Shown: positions 17,901 to 28,400 of the stretch, piece by piece | Layout: every line of letters begins with the position of its first letter | How positions within the stretch are numbered: position 1 is the stretch's first letter | Virus record (IMG/VR): IMGVR_UViG_3300030330_003397 | Coordinates: 1 to 37,755 of that record | Source: a virus | Lineage: Duplodnaviria > Caudoviricetes | Strand: one strand, 5' to 3' | Length of the DNA stretch: 37,755 bases | Made by a program: the position numbers and the translations under genes | Notes under the pieces: model-generated | Told to the model about the DNA's origin: nothing | The model's input: the letters and a program-made list of their open reading frames with translations, nothing else | Database searches by the model: none

Positions 17901-20868
17901 TCTTCCCTCCACAGTCTATGCTATCAAGGTGAATAATGATGAATTTAAACTTGCCACAAGTAAAACTGGTGCAGCAGTTACATTTAACTCTGCTGGAAGC
18001 GGAAATGGTCACACCCTTGAAATGGAGAAGAAACTTGAGAAGTCTCTGATTACCATTGATGGAGTTTCAAGATCTCCTTTGGCATTCACTCCAATTAACT
18101 ACACTCTTAATAATAACGGTGGATCTATTTCTGTTGATGCGACATATTTTGGTATTTCTGGAATCTCCTCTATTCTCCCAGGAGATGTTCTAAAGGTTGA
18201 TGATGAGTTTGTTAAGGTTAACGCTGTAGGTCTTGGAACCACAACTATCGGACCTATTACGGGAACAGGTTCTTTCAATGTTATTAAAACTGAGAGGGGA
18301 TTTGTTGGAACTTTGGCAACCACACATACTGACGGATCTACTATCAGAGTGTTCCAAGGTTCTTACAATATGACCAGAAGTAAGATTCACTTTACTGAAG
18401 CACCTAGAGGTAACACTCAAGAACTGGTTGATAACAGTAATATTCCATTCCACAAGTCTACTTTCAATGGTAGAGTATATTTGAGAAATGATTATGCATC
18501 TAACCAAATTTATGACGACATCACTAGACAATTTACTGGTATCGGTGCAACTTATCGTCTGACTGTTGGTGGTGCTAATACAACAGGTATTGAAACTGGT
18601 AGTGGTTTGGTGTTCATCAACAATATGTTCCAAACTCCAACAACTGATAACAATACTGGAGGAAACTACAGTTTCACAGAGAGTGGTAGTGCTTCCAATG
18701 TAGTTTTCACTGGCGTAAAAGATTCAAATGATGATCTTGTTATTTCAGAAACTGATGTAAACAAGAATCAACTTCCAAGAGGTGGAATGATCGTTTCACT
18801 TGGATCTACTCAAGGTCTTGGAATTGCTCCTCTTGTTGGCGCTTCTGTAACAGCATTTGTCTCTGGTGGTGTAATTCAATCCATTGGAGCTGGTGCCACT
18901 GATATTCTTGGTTCTGGATACCGTGGGTCTGTTGCTATTGGTATCACTGATCCAAATCATAGTGGCAATGCTGCTGCTGTCACAGTTACAGTTGGTGCTG
19001 GTGGATCTCTAGCATTCAATGTAACTAACGGAGGAACTGGATATAGTTATAATCCAACTATCAATATTCCTTCACCTTCCTACGAAAATCTCCCAATTGT
19101 CGGAGTTTCACGTCTTGGTCAGGGTGCAACAACTGATTCTGGTAGCGGTCTCCTTCTTAATGTTGAAGTTGGTGCTGCGATAACAGCAGTTGGAATTGGT
19201 TCTACTCTCTTTGAGGTTAAAAACTTCAAGATTGCTAGAAATGGATATGGATTTAGAATTGGCGACAAGTTCAAACCAGTTGGTCTTGTAACTGCCAAAG
19301 GTCTTCCTTCTATGGTAAATGATCCAGAATTTGAAGTTCTGGATATCTTTAACGACAAATTTGCCGCTTGGCAATTTGGTGAACTTGATTACATTGATTC
19401 TATCTCTGATCTTATTGATGGATCTCGTGTCAGATTCCCACTGAATTATAAGGGTGAACTTCTAAGTTTTGAAGTTGATAAGAATAATCCAGACTCTTCG
19501 GTAATTGATCTTGAAGCAGTTCTTCTAATCTATGTAAATGGTGTTATCCAGCAACCAAATGTTCATTATCAGTTTGTTGGTGGTACGTCAATTGTATTCA
19601 CAACTGCACCAACTTCAAATGATAATATTGATATCTTCTTCTATAGAGGAACTAGAGGGACTGATAGTGTCAGCGTAAATGTTAACACCACCGTTGAAAC
19701 TGGAGATCTCCTGCAGATGCAGAAGACTGATAATAGTCTTGCTCAAGATCCTAGAACAATTTACAATATCAATAATTCCGACAAAGTAGAAACAAACATT
19801 TACGCTGGTCTTGGTATTGATGAAACTAACTTCAAACCACTTAGCTGGATTAAGAAGAAGGTAGATCAGAGACTTGGTGGTGAACTTGTTAATAAGTCAA
19901 GAGATTCCATTGAAGGTCAAGTCTATCCTACTGCAAGAGTTATTGGTGACATTTCTGCATCTGCAACTGAAATATTTGTTGATGACGCACAATTCTTCAA
20001 TTATGAGGAAAATGAGTCTTCTATCAATATCACCAGTGTCAATGGATTGCTTGTAAACACGTCAACAGAACATGTATCTGCTGCTGTCACTGCTGTAGTT
20101 TCTTCTACAGGAACGATCAGTTCCTTAGATGTAACCGAAGGTGGTGCTGGTTATTCGGGTTCAGCAACACTTAAGATTGCTGCACCGAAGGCAGTGGGTG
20201 TTGGTGTTGGTACAACTGCTACAGGTACAGTCGCAATTGTCAACGACTTTATCAACTCTGCTTCTGTAACTAATGCTGGTTTTGGTTATACACGCACAGC
20301 ACCTCCACAAGTTCTGGTTTCTACACCATCACTTTCTGTTGAAACTTTAACTGGAATTACTGCTGTTGCTGGTTTTGCTGCAACGATTACTGGTATTGCT
20401 ACAGCAGTCGGAACCGGCGGAAACGCTCTTGCCCTTGCATTTAGTTTCACAGCATCTAGCACCACAGGACTTCAGGAAGGTTATCCAATTTTCGTCAAGA
20501 ACACTAGTGTTGGTAATGGTGTAAGGTCCATCAATGGTTCTGATAATTCAATCGTTGCTATTGGAACAACATTCCTGGATAATGTTTACATCATCAATGA
20601 TCTCCACTTAACTGCAACAACTGGAGTTGCTACTTGTAACATTCTTTCTACAACTACGCACGCGGGTCTCACCACAACGGGTAGTCTGACAGTCCCACAA
20701 GGGACACTCTCTTGGGGTAGACTTTCTGGATTTAGCAGAGCATCTTCCCCAATTGCTATCGGTGTTACTGGTTTGAGAGTTGATGCTGGATTGTCAACAT
20801 TCCCCACTATCCAAAGACGGGGATTCGGTTTGAGAGACAATGGATCTCTCAGAAAGGACCTGGGATAG
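8995..20868 (+). CDS. gp7: Giant baseplate wedge initiator, gp7-like (3957 aa)
   Basis: Position between gp6 and gp8; LYESKGT..LFKVLYG and DNDYYQNLSYSIKS..HSSGLKNF motifs; many beta-rich repeats. Confidence 0.8.
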   Translation: MIQTGFERRVKVQQVIESQLPEFLRSESPKSIDFLKQYYISQEHQGGATDIVENLDQYLKFDNLTPEVVTGYTSLTAGISSTADTVQVSTTKGFPDEYGLFKIGDEIITYTGKTATSFTGCIRGFSGISSYRSSLDPEELVFSDTSEQVHANGSMVQNLSALFLKEFYRKLKYSFAPGLEDVDFVDDLDVNNFVKEIRSLYESKGTEDSFKILFKVLYGVDPKVIDLEDYLVKPSTAKFRRREEVVVERVSGDPNKLVGQTIRKSTDSATQASVSEVEIFTRSGISTYYKLGLFVGFDDRDLIEGTFKVQPATRVANTVSVGASVVTVDSTVGFAQTGKIISGRNTIKYTDKTVNQFLGCSGIGTAISPSTELRTDEVYIGYEDGDISKKVEVRIGGVLSKFKATNDILLSNEGQKIFVKNIGERIKNPELNKTDKQIFANSWIYNTSCRFDVESINGATVQLKSEIDESSLKVGDTVDILSGSTETVLHANATVATVSTANKQITLDNLVGFTANSTTIYTIRRKLETATSSGTPLFYGDDTVTTDVQNVYTDDTHAYVASNSLPSYDISETALSATLASAAGSALQGFSASTQKYSIISFASPVPFVTGDEVFYKASSDTLVGLSEGVYFVKVLSASNQIKLFASRSLIEGGSSLEFTSAGAGTHKFVLASQKSEAIYPQQLLKKFPIVRNIKDGKGTSTIPGSTGMLVNGTEVVNYKSNDKIYFGPIKNVRLYNGGKNYDVINPPTIEIGSPGAAYTTALVRPVVRGSVTEVQIDPQDFDLVDVTSITIDGGNGSGAVLQPILETRYREIEFDARSTSGGGSVNNSDDTITFDKPHNLRSGDAIVYSRNGNNAIGIGTFGGSNTHQDKALASGSVYFAQVVNTTTIKLYETFENYSSGISTVGFTTFSQGIHKFRLFDGKKNISAIKVTNPGNGYENRQLKVKSENISSVSDSITFNNHGFSDGDKILYTTDNTAVTGLNTNVQYQILKIDDHSFRLANAGVGGTNTTDYTKRRHVNITGVGTGIQNFAYPPVTITVNAEFDGVSGVITATPSVRGEIVDLYLYETGTGYGSTILNFHKKPDIKIKNGKDAELKPLISGGKVISVQVTNSGSEYSSAPDLKVEGEGVGAKLRAIVSGGKITNVVVLSGGVGYTQNTTSVVVTSAGSNGVVDVEVRDLVCNTHTRFGDEILVETEEKLGYGLVGYSTAIGADTFGDVGGTHSPIIGWAYDGNPIYGGYAYNNPSDINSGIKILTSSYELATAEVSDRPSGFVAGFFVEDYKFTGSGDLDEHNGRYAKTPEYPNGVYAYHATITSDGKNSKFPFFIGESYSSVPVTQNINQTFDFNSSDLRRNTLPYVAGDKFATNDFVSEPNEILVQSAVIDSITRGSVDGFKINNSGTDYRVGETVTFDNDGTNGGGLSAYVGRVSGKSIVDVTTTIQSHQNAVLVWEKSGAVSVNVDPSHGYFDNDQIAVSGLSTFISGLTKSHKIGVSSERTRLSVQVAANSTVGFVTDIFVNRVVDSISVGSTLGIGTETLSVLGTYPDKKVVRVLRGIVGAAHTANTDVFVSPSKFTLPVNVSYFDSAVNDKVFFNSIQSVGIGTTVGSSSSKGYFTGSRQYSISVPTQGIYLPNHPFKTGEQVTFERLAGSQGFTVSNTNTSATYSIPQSGNTETLFVVKKTNDVIGLCTQVGLTTNTEGLFFRNITSNADSRDYRYSLTSNKTQVTAKVEKIRAKVAVSTAHGLNNGDTVNLSVNSEQSVGIGTSVSVYLKYNSANDKLLVNPIGFTSTAVNTSSNRLTLTEHGLKTGDKVFYDSDLIISGLSTGSYFVYRIDDNTINLANTRFDAVSNPPTVVSFGSTGGSSQELSPINPRLNVVRDNNLVFNVNDSSLSGYNFRLYYDRDFKNELVSIGSSTTFSTVGVGTVGIANTVTASTVTLNFNKNLPSKVYYQLDKAGYISTADTEVTNYSEINFIDSTYSGTYSVTGVGETVFTVSLKSVPEDLDYNQSSTSVLKYSTSSPRALGGVDKLEITFGGASYKRLPKFVSIASTAGINADVIPTSTTLGRINQVTIQDAGFDFSADRTLSPEVYISPNITVVNRNTISGITITSGGSGFTSPPDLVLVNPDTGSAYDNGTLIAKMQGSSINKIEILDVPKGLSDTESKVFSVNNSNGVGVNSVFSSPAGVVTCVLATPTLGFTTATAPFAVNDFVYAENISLASTTGTGFNSQDYSYNFFKVTAYRNTNPAEVEFDISPYATNAGVAQTDGQSTFATLVNKNNYPTFTVVQTPLEFIVGESLFIKSGNTYTEVDLVVTNNLNDAIKVYGTYELSEDDVIVGKNSGTIATINKIDENTGIFEVDYSLETDYGWSNDTGKLNEDYQVIPDNDYYQNLSYSIKSPIEFEDWVNPVNRILHSSGLKNFADTGITTEGTVSAATSTSANSSALIDIINLNANGTTMRVDAVNFFDFGIDIDASNNKSKFIKFQNKRLADYIECKTNRVLTIDNFNNQFSNQENANTTLYRDIDKFIANDGYSRYLVQMIKPNSKDLQATELIVVNTKNDDLITVERASIHNTKDDLADIQAFKDAFDNVSLRLTPDDPFNDDLDVKFIKNNFNTTLAGVGTQSIGFVNLIGNNVSVGVGSTGLVFEGSSSGTESIFANIELIDTVTKDKTIVDMFVDHDGTDTYRSDFFFDNSTLGYSPKFIGTFTSNIASGVLKLNFENTESNNVLVRSRIVGFNTVGAGIGTHIFKASGQSDSSVREGRLETKFSTFSGTGISTVLTYDKADVTTVKSTAKVSYGNTSALHQVLFNHNDTNAFTVQYPHLSIGSTMGIGTFGADISGSNFVLIFHPDANISDDITVQIYSEIIQTEKDLNNVPATLTYGSANEQLKTSQFDSINGDRTNKVDFDVKHNSIPIFEKQFNPGISTVVNLGTGVFTIADHFFSDREKLTYTPRSTFIGGAHTSMVMSNGSVLPSTVYAIKVNNDEFKLATSKTGAAVTFNSAGSGNGHTLEMEKKLEKSLITIDGVSRSPLAFTPINYTLNNNGGSISVDATYFGISGISSILPGDVLKVDDEFVKVNAVGLGTTTIGPITGTGSFNVIKTERGFVGTLATTHTDGSTIRVFQGSYNMTRSKIHFTEAPRGNTQELVDNSNIPFHKSTFNGRVYLRNDYASNQIYDDITRQFTGIGATYRLTVGGANTTGIETGSGLVFINNMFQTPTTDNNTGGNYSFTESGSASNVVFTGVKDSNDDLVISETDVNKNQLPRGGMIVSLGSTQGLGIAPLVGASVTAFVSGGVIQSIGAGATDILGSGYRGSVAIGITDPNHSGNAAAVTVTVGAGGSLAFNVTNGGTGYSYNPTINIPSPSYENLPIVGVSRLGQGATTDSGSGLLLNVEVGAAITAVGIGSTLFEVKNFKIARNGYGFRIGDKFKPVGLVTAKGLPSMVNDPEFEVLDIFNDKFAAWQFGELDYIDSISDLIDGSRVRFPLNYKGELLSFEVDKNNPDSSVIDLEAVLLIYVNGVIQQPNVHYQFVGGTSIVFTTAPTSNDNIDIFFYRGTRGTDSVSVNVNTTVETGDLLQMQKTDNSLAQDPRTIYNINNSDKVETNIYAGLGIDETNFKPLSWIKKKVDQRLGGELVNKSRDSIEGQVYPTARVIGDISASATEIFVDDAQFFNYEENESSINITSVNGLLVNTSTEHVSAAVTAVVSSTGTISSLDVTEGGAGYSGSATLKIAAPKAVGVGVGTTATGTVAIVNDFINSASVTNAGFGYTRTAPPQVLVSTPSLSVETLTGITAVAGFAATITGIATAVGTGGNALALAFSFTASSTTGLQEGYPIFVKNTSVGNGVRSINGSDNSIVAIGTTFLDNVYIINDLHLTATTGVATCNILSTTTHAGLTTTGSLTVPQGTLSWGRLSGFSRASSPIAIGVTGLRVDAGLSTFPTIQRRGFGLRDNGSLRKDLG

Positions 20869-20869
20869 T

Positions 20870-20877
20870 TATAAATA
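20870..20877 (+). promoter_or_regulatory. T4-type late promoter TATAAATA
   Basis: Perfect consensus in the gp7-gp8 gap; related NNTAAATA at 6464, 6679, 8890, 22342, 29883, 30545, 35142, 36429, each shortly before a gene start. Confidence 0.8.
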
Positions 20878-20896
20878 TAGAAAAAAGCTAGCAACA

Positions 20897-22444
20897 ATGG
20901 CGGCAATTGTAACCGATCAGTTTAGAATATTAAATGCGGGAAACTTTGTAGATTCCGTCACTAGTTCTGCAAACTCTTACTATGTTTTTGTTGGTCTATC
21001 TAATCCTTCTATAGTTGGATTTGGAAGAACTACAGACTGGGATACAAATACTCCTAGTCCCACTGATAATATTGATTATGCCAATTTTATTGGCGACAAT
21101 ATGTCTTTTGGTAAGAAAGTCTCCTCTGCTAATGTCAGAAGACTGGTAAGGAGAGTTGATTGGACTAGAGGGACAAAGTATGAAATGTATCGTCACGATT
21201 ACAGTCTCAAAAATCTCTCACCCACCACAAAGTCTGCAAGACTTTATGATGCGAACTACTATGTAATGAATAGTGAGTTCAAAGTGTATACTGTTATTGA
21301 TAATGGTTCTTCTGGAATTAGCACAACAGGAAATGCTTCTCTTGATGAACCAACTTTCACTGACCTTGAACCATCAAAAGCAGGTGTAAGTGGTGATGGA
21401 TATGTCTGGAAATATCTTTTCACTGTATCTCCAAGTGATATTATCAAGTTTGATTCTACTGAATATATTTCACTTCCAAATAATTGGTCTACATCAACAG
21501 ATGCTCAGATAGTTGCTGTTAGAAATAATGGCGATTCTGATATTAATGAGAATCAGATTAAGAAAGTATATATTGACCAGCAGGGGTTGGGATATTCTCA
21601 GGGGTCTCATGAAGTTAATATTTTAGGTGATGGCACTGGTGGTAAAGTTATCGTTGATGTAGATGTCAACGGTAAAATTACAAATACTGTGGTTTCCTCT
21701 GGTGGAAAAAATTATAGTTATGGAATTGTTGATCTTGGATCAATTAATTCTAACTCCAGCACTAAAGCAAAACTGATTCCAATTATTCCACCATCAAAAG
21801 GTCATGGTCATGACCTTTATAAGGAACTTGGTGCGGATAAGGTTCTTGTATACGCAAGATTTGATGATTCTACTAGAGATTTTCCAACTGATGTAACTTT
21901 CTCACAAATCGGTATTGTTAAAAATCCAACTTCTATTGGATCTACAACAGTATTTGATGAAAATCAATTCTCTTCATTAGGAGCATTGAAATTTACCTCA
22001 GTTACTGGAACAGTATCTGTTGGTGATAAAATTAGTCAAAGTGTTACAGGCGGAACAGCAGTTGGTTTTGTTGCTTCATTTGATAATGAAACTAAAGTAT
22101 TGAAGTATTTCCAAGATAGAAATGCTTTCCTGAATCAAACTACATTTGATCAAACAGATTATGTTGGTGTTTCTACCAACGGTAAACTGTATGAGTTTGC
22201 TTCAAATTCAAACGCAGTTACTACCACTGGAGGTTTCTCGGGTTCTATTGATACTGGATTTACTGGTATTACAACAAATCCAACAGGAACAAAACTTATT
22301 TCAATTGGCACCCAAATTACAAACGGGATTGCCAATCCTGAGATAAATAAAGGGTCGGGAGATATTGTCTATATTGACAATCGTCCAGCAATCTCCAGAA
22401 ACTCAAGACAAAAAGAAGACGTTAAAATCATCCTGGAATTCTAA
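20897..22444 (+). CDS. gp8: Baseplate wedge subunit, T4 gp8-like
   Basis: YYVMNSEFKVY, DGYVWKYLF, SGDIVYIDNR..QKEDVKIILEF; start at ATG 20897 (MAAIVTD) after TATAAATA. Confidence 0.9.
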   Translation: MAAIVTDQFRILNAGNFVDSVTSSANSYYVFVGLSNPSIVGFGRTTDWDTNTPSPTDNIDYANFIGDNMSFGKKVSSANVRRLVRRVDWTRGTKYEMYRHDYSLKNLSPTTKSARLYDANYYVMNSEFKVYTVIDNGSSGISTTGNASLDEPTFTDLEPSKAGVSGDGYVWKYLFTVSPSDIIKFDSTEYISLPNNWSTSTDAQIVAVRNNGDSDINENQIKKVYIDQQGLGYSQGSHEVNILGDGTGGKVIVDVDVNGKITNTVVSSGGKNYSYGIVDLGSINSNSSTKAKLIPIIPPSKGHGHDLYKELGADKVLVYARFDDSTRDFPTDVTFSQIGIVKNPTSIGSTTVFDENQFSSLGALKFTSVTGTVSVGDKISQSVTGGTAVGFVASFDNETKVLKYFQDRNAFLNQTTFDQTDYVGVSTNGKLYEFASNSNAVTTTGGFSGSIDTGFTGITTNPTGTKLISIGTQITNGIANPEINKGSGDIVYIDNRPAISRNSRQKEDVKIILEF

Positions 22445-22447
22445 ACG

Positions 22448-25400
22448 ATGCCACAGAAAACTAATCTCAATATCAATCCTTATTTTGATGATTTCAGTAA
22501 GGATGATAATTTTTACAAGGTTTTATTCAAACCAGGATTTCCAGTTCAGGCTAGAGAACTGACGACTCTGCAGTCAATCCTGCAGAATCAAATAGAATCG
22601 TTTGGAAGTCATATGTTCAAAGAGGGATCAATGGTGATCCCAGGTAATGTTGCGTATGATTCTGAATATCCTGCTGTTAAGTTAAATGCTGATCATCTAG
22701 GTATTAACATTTCAGTATATGGTAAAAATCTTGTAGGGAAGAGATTAAAGGGTCAAACATCTGGCATCGTTGCAAAGGTTGACCGATATGAAAATGTATC
22801 AGACTTAACTGGTATAACGAATCCAACTATATTTGTAAAGTATATTGAATCTGGAGATAATAATCAGGTTGAACCGTTCCAGGACGGAGAAGTTTTAATT
22901 ACAGAAGATTCCTTCACTTACGGAAATACTTCTGTCAATTCAGGTGAAACTGTAGCATCGCTGATTAGTGAAGATGCTACGTCTGTCTCCAGTTCCGTAT
23001 CAATTGGTTCTGGAGTATATTTTATCAGAGGAACTTTTGTAGATGTTTCATCTGATAAGATATTTTTAGATCCATATTCCAACACATCATCTTATAGGGT
23101 TGGTTTAACTATCAATGAAGAGATCATCACAGCAAAAGATGATGATTCTTTATATGACAATGCTAAAGGATTCTCTAACTATGCTGCTCCGGGGGCAGAT
23201 AGATTAAAAATAAGTCTAACATTATCTAAGAAACTCTTAACAGATAATGATGATAAGACTTTTGTAGAACTTGTTAGAATACAGGGTGGTGAATTAAAGA
23301 AACTTCAAAATAAATCTAATTATAACTTAATTAGAGACTATTTTGCTAAGAGAACTTTTGAAGAATCTGGAAATTATTCCCTTGATAACTTTGATGTTGA
23401 GGTCAAAGAGTCTTTGAATGACAGACTTGGTAATGAAGGAGTATTTTTCTCAAATCAATCTACAGATGATGGAAATGTTCCATCTGAAAACATGATGGCA
23501 ATTTCTGTTTCTGCAGGAAAAGCATATGTAAAAGGATATGACGTTGAAAATACTGCCACTAAAATTATTGATGTAGAGAAACCAAGGGATATTAGAACAA
23601 TATCCAATTCTTTGGTTCCTTTTGAAATGGGGACTCTGATTCGTGTCAATAATGTTCAGGGAACTCCATTATTTGGTGTAAATAATAATAGTAATATTGT
23701 AAGACTTCAGGGTCAAAGAAGAGGAACATCTACAACTGCTGCCACTGGAACTGAAATTGGTCAAGCAAGAGTATATAATTTTAGTCTCACAGATTCTGCT
23801 CAAGTAGATCTTTCTACTTCATGGGATTTATATCTTTTTGATGTTCAAACATATACCACTATTAGTTTGAACGAAAATACTTTGACTGCTGACATACCTG
23901 TCAGTTCTTACATTAGAGGTGTAAGTAGTGGTGCTTCTGGTTATGTACAGAGTGCTCCTGCCGGAACGACCAATATTACCCTGATGCAAACATCAGGAAC
24001 CTTCATCGTTGGTGAGCAACTTTTAATTAATGAGAGTAAAGAAATTTCTCGTTCAATTACTAGTCTCACAACTCACACTATTGAAGATGTCAAGTCAATT
24101 TATCAAGATTCTACAGCACTAAATTCTGAACTGAAGAGAGATTTTATTGCTGATACTATTCTTGAAAGAAAACTTCCTACCGGATTCGGTATAGCAGACA
24201 CGGTTCAAATTAGTACTGCTGGTGCTATGACTTGCCCAGGCAAGTTCTTCAACAACATTAAAGTTGGAGATATTGTTAGATATCAGATCGCTGGAACTAG
24301 TGATGAAACGTTTAACAGAGTTTCTGCAATTAATTCTGCCAAAACTCAAGTCACTTTGGTTGCTGAGCAGGATAGAACTAATGTTTGTGATGGTAGTCTC
24401 CCAGGTTCTACTTTCACAGGAACATTTACATTAGGTGTGCCTATTGTTAGAGAGCGTGGTGGATTGTTTGCACCCCTTGAAGAACAAAATGTTTCTTCGG
24501 TTGATTTGGGATCTTCTAATCTTTTAGTTTCCAGTCAAATTAGAGAGCAGTCAACCAGCTCTACAGGATCTCTTTCAATAAACGTTACTGCAACTGGTAT
24601 TAGTAGTTCCCTCTTTGAGGCATTTGATCAAGAAAGATATAGCATTCATTATAATGATGGATCTATTGAAACTTTAACAAGCGACCAAGTTTCTCTCAGT
24701 TCTGCAGGTCAAGTTATTACGTTTACTGGTCTCACCGCATCTCAATCAAGCAATGTGACAGTAAACACTACTGTCAAAAAAATAGGAATCACCAACAAAG
24801 ACAAAGTATATACGAGAAGCACAAAAGTAGAAGTAACTAAGTCTGCTACTGGAGTATCTACATCCATCTCTCAAACTTCTCAAAGTGATTTTTATGGAAC
24901 TAGAATTCAGGATAGAGAAATTTCTCTGAATGTTCCTGATGTTACAGAAGTTGTCGCTGTTTATGAATCATTAGGAACGTCTATTCCAACCTTAGATTCT
25001 CTTGAGTTCCCTGCTGGATTAGCACTCAACACAGCATCAATTTTAGGAGAAAGAGTCGTTGGATCTACAAGTAATGCTATCGCTCAAGTAGTCACAAGAT
25101 CTTCAGCAACTAAGGTTGAAATTGTTTACTTAACTGATGATAAATTTACTGTTGGTGAAAACGTAACATTTGAAGAATCTGGTATTATTGCACCATTACA
25201 AGTTATTGGACTTGGAAATTATCAAGATGTTACAAATAACTATACTCTTGACAAAGGTGTCAAAGAACAGTTCTATGATTACTCAAGAATTGTACGTAGA
25301 GAAAATTTAAATTATACACCATCAAGAAAACTGTTAATAATTTACAATCATTATACAATTCCAACTAATGATACTGGTGACGTATATACAGTCAATTCTT

Positions 25401-28400
25401 ACGATGCTGCCAGATTTAAATCTGACATCCCACTAGCAGGAGAACTCAGAGCATCTGATGTCTTAGACTTTAGACCTAGAGTTTCTGATTTTACTTCCAC
25501 TACACTTTCTCCTTTTGATTATACTGCAAGAACTTTCGCTACAACAGGAACCAATCCAACTCTTTTAGTTGCTCCAGATGAAAGTTCTTTAGTTGGAATT
25601 AGTTACTACCTCCCAAGAATTGACAAAGTAGTGTTTACCACTCAAGGAAATATTGCTGTTGTAAGAGGAACTAGTGCTGAGGATCCAAAAGAACCTGAAA
25701 TTGGTGGAGACATGATGGAATTGGCAAGAATTCAGTTGCCAGCATACTTATATGATACTTCTGATGCAGTATTAACCTTTACTGATAATAGAAGATATAC
25801 GATGAGAGATATTGGTAGAATTGAGGATAGAGTTGAAACTTTAGAAACTCTCACATCGTTATCTCTCCTTGAACTTGATACAAAAACACTTCAAGTTAGG
25901 GATGCTGACGGTTTAGATAGATTTAAGTCCGGATTCTTTGTTGATGATTTTGCTGACAATCAAAGAATGGAGGACAAGTCCGAGTCTGGAATCAAAAATA
26001 ATGAACTCGGAGCACCAGTTGATTACTTTACTCTTAAACCAGAAATTGCTTCTAGTCTTCCTACTGTTGGTGGTTTTGACTTAAACTTTGACCTTCTTGA
26101 TCCAAATACTCAGAAGACTGGTGATTTGATTACACTTAAATATGACAATAAAGAGTGGATTAAACAACCTCTCGCATCTAGAGTTGAAAATGTAAACCCA
26201 TTCAATATGGTCGCATTCACAGGTGCGATCAACATTTCTCCTGCTCAAGATAGTTGGACACGAACAGTTACAATTGATGGTGGCGAAAGAGTTACTAGAG
26301 TTTCTACTGATTGGAGAAATGGCAGACGGGGGAGAGAACTATCTAGTATTAGCACTAGCGTAGAGAGTAGAACTGCTGATACACATATCAGATCTAGGAA
26401 CGTACAGTTTGAAGCAACTGGTTTAAGACCTCTAACAAGACATTACAATTTCTTTGAAAGTAGTACAGATTTGGATATTATTCCAAAATTAACTGAAATT
26501 TCCATGACATCTGGGGTGTTCCAGGCAGGAGAGACTGTTAGAGGTTTTATTGGATCAAGACAACTTTTCTCTGCAAGAATTTGTAATCCTAATCATAAGT
26601 CTGGTTCAATAACGAATCCTTCTACAAAATACACTTTAAATCCATACAATAGAAGTTTAACTTTACCTGAAGTATATTCTGCGTCTTCCACAGTTCTGAA
26701 TATTGATATTAACTCTTTAATGGAAGATGTTCTTGGAGCATTTAATGGACGTATTGTGAAGGATATGGTCCTACTTGGTGTAACAAGTGGGGCACAAGCA
26801 AAAGTGTCAGACATAAGATTGATAACTGATACTTTTGGTGATGTAACAGGATCATTCTTCTTCAGAGATCCCCTTGCTTCTCCAACACCAGCAGTTACAT
26901 TCACTACAGGAGAAAAGACTTTCAAACTTACATCAAGCTCTTCTAATGCTGAACCTCTACCTGGAAGTTTGAGATTTAGTGTTGGTGAAGGCACTTATAC
27001 TGCTAGAGGAACTGTAGAAACTGTTCGCAGAACTAGAAATGTCACGGAATTCTTCCGCAGACCAAGACCTCCTGTACGAAGGGGTGATCCTTTAGCACAA
27101 TCATTTACTGTTGACGAAACTGGGGCATTCCTGACAAGTCTTGACGTATTCTTTGCTAACAAAGATGAAAATGAAAAAATAAGATGTGAAATTAGAACCA
27201 TGGAGTTGGGCACACCAACAGATATATTGGTTGCTGATTATGCACAGGTAACTCTTGAACCATCTCAAATTAATGTTTCAAGTGACGGTACAGTTCCAAC
27301 TAAAGTTACTTTCCCTTCTCCAGTATATCTTGAACCAGACACTGAGTATTGCTTTGTTCTTCTTGCACCAACAACTAATGAATATGAAGTTTGGGTGGCA
27401 AGAATGGGAGAGAGGACTGTAAATCTGTCTACTCTACCTGACGCTGAAAGTGTAATCGTAACAAAGCAATATATTGGAGGTAGTTTGTTCAAGTCTCAAA
27501 ACGGGACTATCTGGACTGCAAGTCAGTTTGAAGATGCGAAGTTCACGTTGCACAAAGCAAACTTCATTACAGAACCTGGTATTGGTTACTTCTACAACCC
27601 ATCTCTGGAGAATGGAAGTGATTTAACTGAAAAACTTATTAATAATCCAGTTAAGACTCTTCCAAGAAAACTGAAGGTTGGTATTACAACAACTTCTGTA
27701 ATGGATAGTATTCTGACCATTGGTAAAAAGGTAAGTGATAATACATCTTCTGCTGCTATTACCGGTAATATTGAGCAGGTTGGTGGAAACATTGCTAACA
27801 CAACTAGCAATTTAGTTGGTGCAGGATACAGTAATGGAACCTATACTGGAGTCAATTTCTACTCTATTACCGGATCTGGAACTGGAGCTATTGGTATTGT
27901 CACGATCTCAAGTAATACACTTGATGGAAATCCACATGTGACGACTGCTGGCAATGGATACGTTGTTGGCGATGTTCTTGGAATTACAACTTCTGATGTT
28001 ACCAGAGGTCGTGGTGCACAATTCTCAGTTAAAAACATCACAGGAAAAGATACTTTGTATCTAACTGATGTTCAGGGTGAAGAGTTTACTGAAGGACAGA
28101 ATCTTGTCGTTTATAGTTCTTCTGATGTTGCAGTTGCATATGCTAATACAACAATTAGAAATTCTAGTGTAATCAGCAATCTCTATGATGGTAGAGTTCT
28201 TGAGGTTCAACAAACCAATCATGGTCTTCATGCAGATAACAATGTTGTTGTTCTTGCAGATATTGAACCCAATACAACTCCGACTACTCTAAATGCAGCA
28301 CTTGGATTAAGTGATACAACTATTTCGGTTGCTAATACATCACTCTTTGCAACATTTGAGGGCATTTCCACTTCTACCGGTTATGCCAAGGTCAATAACG